A DNA stretch of 64,000 nt from the NCBI RefSeq assembly GCF_009914755.1, contig NC_060930.1; one strand, given 5' to 3'. Shown here piece after piece: positions 58,062 to 64,000 of this stretch. Made by a program: the position numbers and the translations under genes. The DNA is from the human T2T-CHM13v2.0 reference genome, Homo sapiens. The first letter of the stretch is position 1. Each line of letters opens with the position of its first letter. Under the pieces are notes generated by a model. That model ran no database searches and was not told where the DNA came from. It saw only the letters and a program-made list of their open reading frames with translations.

Positions 58062-58117
58062 TTGAGATGAGTTATTTTCCTAGCTTTAAATAACTTGAGA
58101 TGAGTTATTTTCCTAGC
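58062..58117. repeat. 23-bp direct duplication, period 33
   Basis: TTGAGATGAGTTATTTTCCTAGC at 58062-58084 and 58095-58117. Confidence 0.93.
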
Positions 58118-60589
58118 ACACTTCATATAATGTAGAAATTTTCTCCTCTTTAATGTTTGGTGGAATTACTCAGCAAAAGCTTTTGGGCCTCAGGTCATTT
58201 TAGGTGGTCTTTTCCTAATTTTTTCAGTTTTTTCACTATAGCAGTATATTCAGGTTTCTTAACTCTTCTTCAATTTTGATAATTTGTAATTTCCTCAACA
58301 TTGGCCATTTCATATAAATTTGCAATTACATTAGTATATAGTATTTGCTATTCTCTCTTTAATTATTAATAATCTCCCTGGTGTCCATATTAATATTCCC
58401 TTTCTCATTCCTAATGCCTATATTTTCTTTTTTCTGAAATAGATTGCCAAAGACAATCTATTTTATGGAATTGATCTATTTAAAGAGCTATCTTTTGTAT
58501 TATTAATCAAGTCTATATTTTAAATTTTGCTCCATTAATTTCTTCTCATATTTCATTAATTCATCCCCTGTGCTTTTTAAATTTGTTTTGGGTTTTCTAA
58601 TAAATAACTGTAAGGACATAAATTTTAATCTTATTCTGGCTATATCTCTCAGGTTTGGTAGACTTTATCCCCATTTTACATTTGGGTTTAAAAAGCCGTT
58701 TTTCAAAAGGTCTTTCAGATTAGAATGTCAAATTAGGAATTCAAATCTAAGTGTCATTTACATTATACCAGAGAAGTTCTTCTGAATGTATAACACATAG
58801 AAGAAATAGAGATGCATTCTGGTAAAAGGAAATACAATTAGTTAACATACAGAAGTATGTGTATTTGCTTTAAATAAAAACATTAAAAGAGTGTCATACC
58901 ATTTACACGTGAAAAGTTATATAATTGTTATTTTAATGGGACTACAATGAAACCTTCAACTGTAACAGTAATTTAGTTAAACCAACTTAACAGTGTGTGT
59001 TAAGTGTCATAAATAAGTCATGTCCTTTGACCTAGTAACCCTGGATCCTAGCATTGTTCCTTAGGAAATATTTCACAAGAATAAAACTGCTATATACATA
59101 AATATAACCAGTCTATGAAAATTTTAAAACAATCTAAATATCTACCAATAGAATGAAAAAGTAAAAAATTATCACACAGAAACTCAATGGGGCATTTTTA
59201 GTCACTAAAGATAATTTTAGACTGCATAAAATCATGAAATGCTTATAGCATAGTAAAAAACAGAAATCAAAATAATATGTGCATTGTAATTATTACCAAG
59301 TAAATATATGCATGTGAAGAAGACACTAGAAATAAACATTCCCAACTGATATAACTGACTGGATTAGACTGGTTTCAATACTTCTCAGAGACATAGTCCT
59401 GATCTCTTGAAAATGCAAGTAGAAATGATTTTAACTGAATTAATGTAGCTCTAGACAAAGCTGATAGGAACAGGATCCAAGCCCAGGTGTTGGAAGTCGT
59501 CTTCAGAAGGTAAATTCCAGTGTGATACTCAACCCCAAATACAGAAATAAGAAGAGAGTCCATGGAAAGACATTTTGATATACAGAATAACAACAAGGGC
59601 TTATATCACATAACCTCCGTCTTCTCAAAAATATAGAGGCCACTATAATTAAGAGTGATGGAGGCAAGGTTACAGCTGACAATTAAGTGGAGAGAAAAAA
59701 ATGTAGAACACCTGCCATGTAAAGAAATCTCATCAAGCCTGTATTTTGAAGCAAAGGAAAACACTGTGGCCAAACAGCCAAGAAAGCTCATATTTAATAG
59801 AAAAAAATAAAATAACTAAATAATCACTAAAGAAATGATGGCTTTTACAACCATATACTGGGAGTGTCTTCTCTAACATTACTGCAATCTACTTTAAGAA
59901 AATTCTATTCACAGAATAATATGTGCTTGTATAATAATTATCTGGTCAGTGGTTTAACAATTTCCACAAGGCTCAGGTACTCTTAATTTTCAAGTCATTC
60001 ACTCAATTAAGGTAATGAACAGATTCATACAGAAACTCTGAAAATTCTAAATTCTATATTCAGTGACTGATTAGTTGTAGAGCATAATTATGATCACAAC
60101 TAGTCAGATGTTGCCAAAGTTTCATTTGAAGTCACAGGATACAGTTGATTATGTTAATCCTCCTTTTTGGGGGAATGTCTTTTATAGAGTTCTCTCTTAC
60201 TTTCTGAGAGGGGATACATTTGAAAGAGCTGAGGCAACAAAGCATCCCACCCTAGGTCTTCTGCAGCCAGGAGGTTCTTAAGCAGTATTGTAAGAACAGA
60301 TGCCAGTTAAGGAACTTCTACCATCCAGTCCCTCATGGCCCAACACTATAAAATATTTTAAGCAAAACAAACAAAAAAACCAAAGTTAAATTGCAAAGAA
60401 GAAATAACATACAAGATACAAATTAATAAGAGATCTGAATAGCAGGGAGACACTCCTGTGTGAAATCACCAAAACATTCCTTAAAGAAGTAATGTTCACC
60501 TTCATATAAACTTTTTTCCTTCTGTGTAAACTTAGCATTGCTCTTCCAGTTCGAATTTGTAGTAAAAACATTTTGAAGGAAAAATTTGA

Positions 60590-60752
60590 GTAACTACCAT
60601 CGAGTATTATGCTTATTACTGGGTGATGAAATAATCTTTACAATGACCCCCACCATTTACATGGGTACATTGTGACATGGAATTTACCCATGTAACAAAC
60701 CTGCACATGCACCCTCGGTCCTAAAATAAAAGTCAGAAACAAGAAAAAAAAA
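60590..60752 (+). mobile_element. Short L1PA15/16-like 3' end
   Basis: CTGGGTGATGAAATAATCT...TTTACCCATGTAACAAACCTGCACATGCACCC...CTAAAATAAAAGT plus A-rich tail. Confidence 0.8.
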
Positions 60753-61899
60753 TCCATTTTACGCAACTTCTTGTTAGGCTAAATGAGGTTCTAATTCCAC
60801 TCTTAGTATTTGTAAGTATTCAGACATACATCTAACATCCTAAATTTTTAATGACATTACTATTACAGAGAAGTATGGCTTCAACCAAATAAAACTAGAC
60901 TCCATAAGGAAAAATTTTAAATAAGTGCCTGACATTGAGATCGAGAAAAAGAGAAAAAAGCAAGAGAGAGAGAAATAGAGCGAGTGAGTTTCTAAGTGTT
61001 TTTGGGCTACTGCTTTTTCGAGCTTCCATCAAACAACAGGAAAATTAAGCTCTACACATGCACCCGCATCCCTGGACCTCATCCCCTGCTACTCCACACA
61101 TCTGCCAGGCTGGCCCACCTGCCCACTCCCCTGCTGCTGACCAATTCCTTCCACCATGCCCTGGAACTCACTAGCATGTGCAAACCCCTTCCATTCTCAA
61201 ACTCCTCTGAAAGAAACCATTTTTCACACTTTTGCCCTAACCGAAACCTTCTTGCCCTCCTGATAATATTGTTTCCTATAACAAAACTGATTATAACATA
61301 ATATAAAATTAATCTGTAGAATATATGGTCATAAGTATTAATAGATAATTCAGAAATTTCTTAAATGCATTAACAGAAATTTTATAAATATGAAGAAAAC
61401 ACTGGCTACACCAGGAAAAATAAGTATTTTAAAGTTGACATCCTATGAAAATCTCCCCATTCTCATATGAAATAAACAAAGAAAAGTGAAAAACAAGGAG
61501 AAAAGCTGAATTAGTGAAGAAACGAGGTGACTTTGGCTGCTGCATGCCATAAAATTCAAGACAATTTGGCTGGACATACCAGTGAAGCCAACTTGAAAAC
61601 ATTCACTATGAACTTAATGAAAACGTCTCCTTCCCAAGAAAATTACACTGTTGCATCAAGTCCATAAAAAATATTCTGCGGGAAGTAATGACACAAGATC
61701 CCATTTAATATGCTGAGAGTTGGATGTGAGTTCATGCTCATGTCTGCAACAGGGCCCTGTATTTAGAAACACACGGAATAGAAATCCAGAGAAACTTCAT
61801 GATTCACTAACTGAATTGAGCATTTCTTTTGAAACTTGGCATACAGAAACACTAAATAAAATGGATACAGTCATACTGTTTACCATGCTGGGTTAAAAG

Positions 61900-63000
61900 G
61901 AAAACAAGATAATGAAATCTGGATTCCAGCGCATCAATTTGTTTCAACCAACCTAGAGAAAAATCACTGTGATCAACTCCCCCTGTGAGAATGTCCACAA
62001 CTCTAGTTTCCTCGGGGTTCCCCTCAGTCACTCCAGACTGAACTGGTGCCACCGATGCTCACTATCCAGCCCTCCAACACACTAAACAGGAGGATGCTAA
62101 GGACATTTACATGAATAGTAAACAGACATAAGGATAATCTATTAATGAAGAGCAGACCTAAAATCACTCAAGGATAAATACATTTAAAAAAAAATCAGCA
62201 AATGACTCCTCAACACATAAGACAAAAAGAAGAAAAAAAAAAACCAAAAATATCCAAAGCGTTAGTATTATACTAGAATACAGAGGATAGAAGCGAATTT
62301 GGGATGTCGTGTGAGACGGAAGATATGCAAAATGAATATAAAGAAAGCATCTGTTTTGCACTCTCAAGATAATTAAAGAATTAACAATGAGAGATTATCA
62401 ACAGTATAATAAGACAGATTGAAATGAAGAAGAAACACCCAAAATACAGAAGTAACCTTTAATTTTAAAAGAGTCATTATGAATTTAAGCAGAACAAGAA
62501 ACAGTAGAGAAGTTCAAGTCAATGACAAAGAGAATAAATCTGAGAGGTTCTAGAATGTGTAGTAAAAGAACCAGGAAAGGAGAAAGACATGGGTATTTCT
62601 AGTGACCTTGAAGAGAATGAAATAAATGTGAAAGAACCCCATGCACCAAGAAACAAGTGGCATAATACCCTGAACTAAAAAGGACTTTTAAAACAATTGA
62701 GAAAGCTCACCACATACTAGGTTAAATTACTCAAAATTAAAGCATCTACATGACCTAGTGAAAGTAACAAATTCAAAGAGCAAATGAGACACTTATAAAT
62801 ACATTCAGAAATGAAAAAGGCAACATTTACTAAGAAAAAGAATCAGAATGGTCTCAGATTTCTCCTTGAAAACATTAAATACAAGAGTGTGATGAAAAAT
62901 ACTGGAGCATTTTGGGGGTAAAGTCTATACCCACAAATTCTAGACCTGGCTGGAATTTGGCATTTTCTAGCAACTCAGCATCCAAATACTCTTCCTATTC
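61900..63000 (+). mobile_element. Very old L1/HAL1-like ORF1 relic
   Basis: A-rich; GAAAAAGAATCAGAATGGTCTCAGATTTCTC resembles the ORF1 C-terminal region. Confidence 0.45.
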
Positions 63001-63159
63001 TGACATTTTTATCTCCCTGTTCTTGTCAGAAATCTTTTTGACTTAGGAGCTGAAACCACTTAAAAAGAGTAATAGTAATAATAAAGTAAAGGATTAATAT
63101 TGTGGATTAGATGGGAACAAATGACCAACAGAGATCTGACTGACAGAGTATCCCTCAAA

Positions 63160-63610
63160 TCCCCCCCAGCGGCATCATCTCCGACCAAGGCTCCTTCCTT
63201 CACTCACTCAGATCTAGCCAAGATGGCTGCCTTGCTATGCCTCCAGGGATGTGCCAAGCATATTCCTGTCTCAGGGCCTTTGCACTTCCTGTACCATCTG
63301 CATGGAAAGCTCCTACCCGGTTCTCAGCATGGTTCACTCCTTCACTTCCCTTAGGTTTTTCCTCAAATGTGTTCCCAGTGAGCCTTGCCTGGTCCCACAT
63401 CATTTACCCTGCCTCTCGCTTTTCTGTCTCCACAGCACTCATTACCACTGAGCACGGTGCCTGTGTTATTTATTTTTACTGACTCTACCACACACTATGT
63501 AAATGCCATGAGCGCAGGGATTTCTGTCTAGTTTGTCCTCGAGATATCTCAAGAGCCTAGATGAATTGGGACTCACCTAATATTTGTTGACTGAATGACA
63601 ATGACTGATT
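63160..63610 (+). mobile_element. L2 LINE 3' end
   Basis: CTCAGGGCCTTTGCACTTCCTGTACCATCTGCATGGAA ... AATATTTGTTGACTGAATGA. Confidence 0.8.
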
Positions 63611-64000
63611 AGAAAAATACAGTAGGTTAAGATACAGTAGTTTCAAAAGTGCATTTGACACAATCTCACATTATTCTCATAGGTGACATTTCCACACTCA
63701 GCATTTCCTAGATGATAATTATTGTAAAGGGGGCACAGGAAAGCAGCTTGGAAAAAACATCAAATTTGAGACTTCGAAACATAGAGAAATAAATAATATG
63801 TTAGATAACAGAAATAAAACTGAGACTCATCTCAATAAGCTGAGATGGATCAAAAGATGGAATGAAGGTGAAATAAAGGTACAGTCCTGCAGCTAAAATT
63901 CTAAAACAAAATCTGCTGACAAACTTTTTGGTCTCCTCTGACTTCACTGATTTCTCCTTCTTTCTCTCCTCTGCTGACTTTCCACATCTTCTCCACCACT

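Noticed and set aside
63035-63060. TTAGGAGCTGA resembling the upstream PDE10A exon (DESAPKEVSR)
   Set aside because: Only a short chance match without proper splice sites; the real exon must lie beyond the window

Overview
Primate, most likely human, genomic DNA from inside the PDE10A gene (dual cAMP/cGMP phosphodiesterase 10A), transcribed on the - strand. Nine coding exons (866 nt, all GT-AG, reading frame continuous) encode roughly Y76-R364 in PDE10A2 numbering, i.e. GAF-A and the first half of GAF-B. The flanking exons lie outside the window. The introns are mostly transposon relics: Alus, L1, L2, MIR, MaLR LTR elements (THE1, MST, MLT1), an ERVL fragment, Tigger1, hAT MITEs, and a 4.6-kb HERV-K(HML-3)/HERVK9 provirus with a MER9 3' LTR. 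That provirus lacks its 5' LTR and has large in-frame deletions in pol and env. The most interesting features not explained by this annotation are a ~140-nt CpG-rich fold-back just downstream of a GAF-B exon and a candidate in-frame 30-nt microexon beside a long UG-rich tract. No RNA genes, CRISPR arrays or prokaryote-type systems were seen. Repeat subfamily calls come from remembered consensus sequences, and boundaries of old repeats are approximate.
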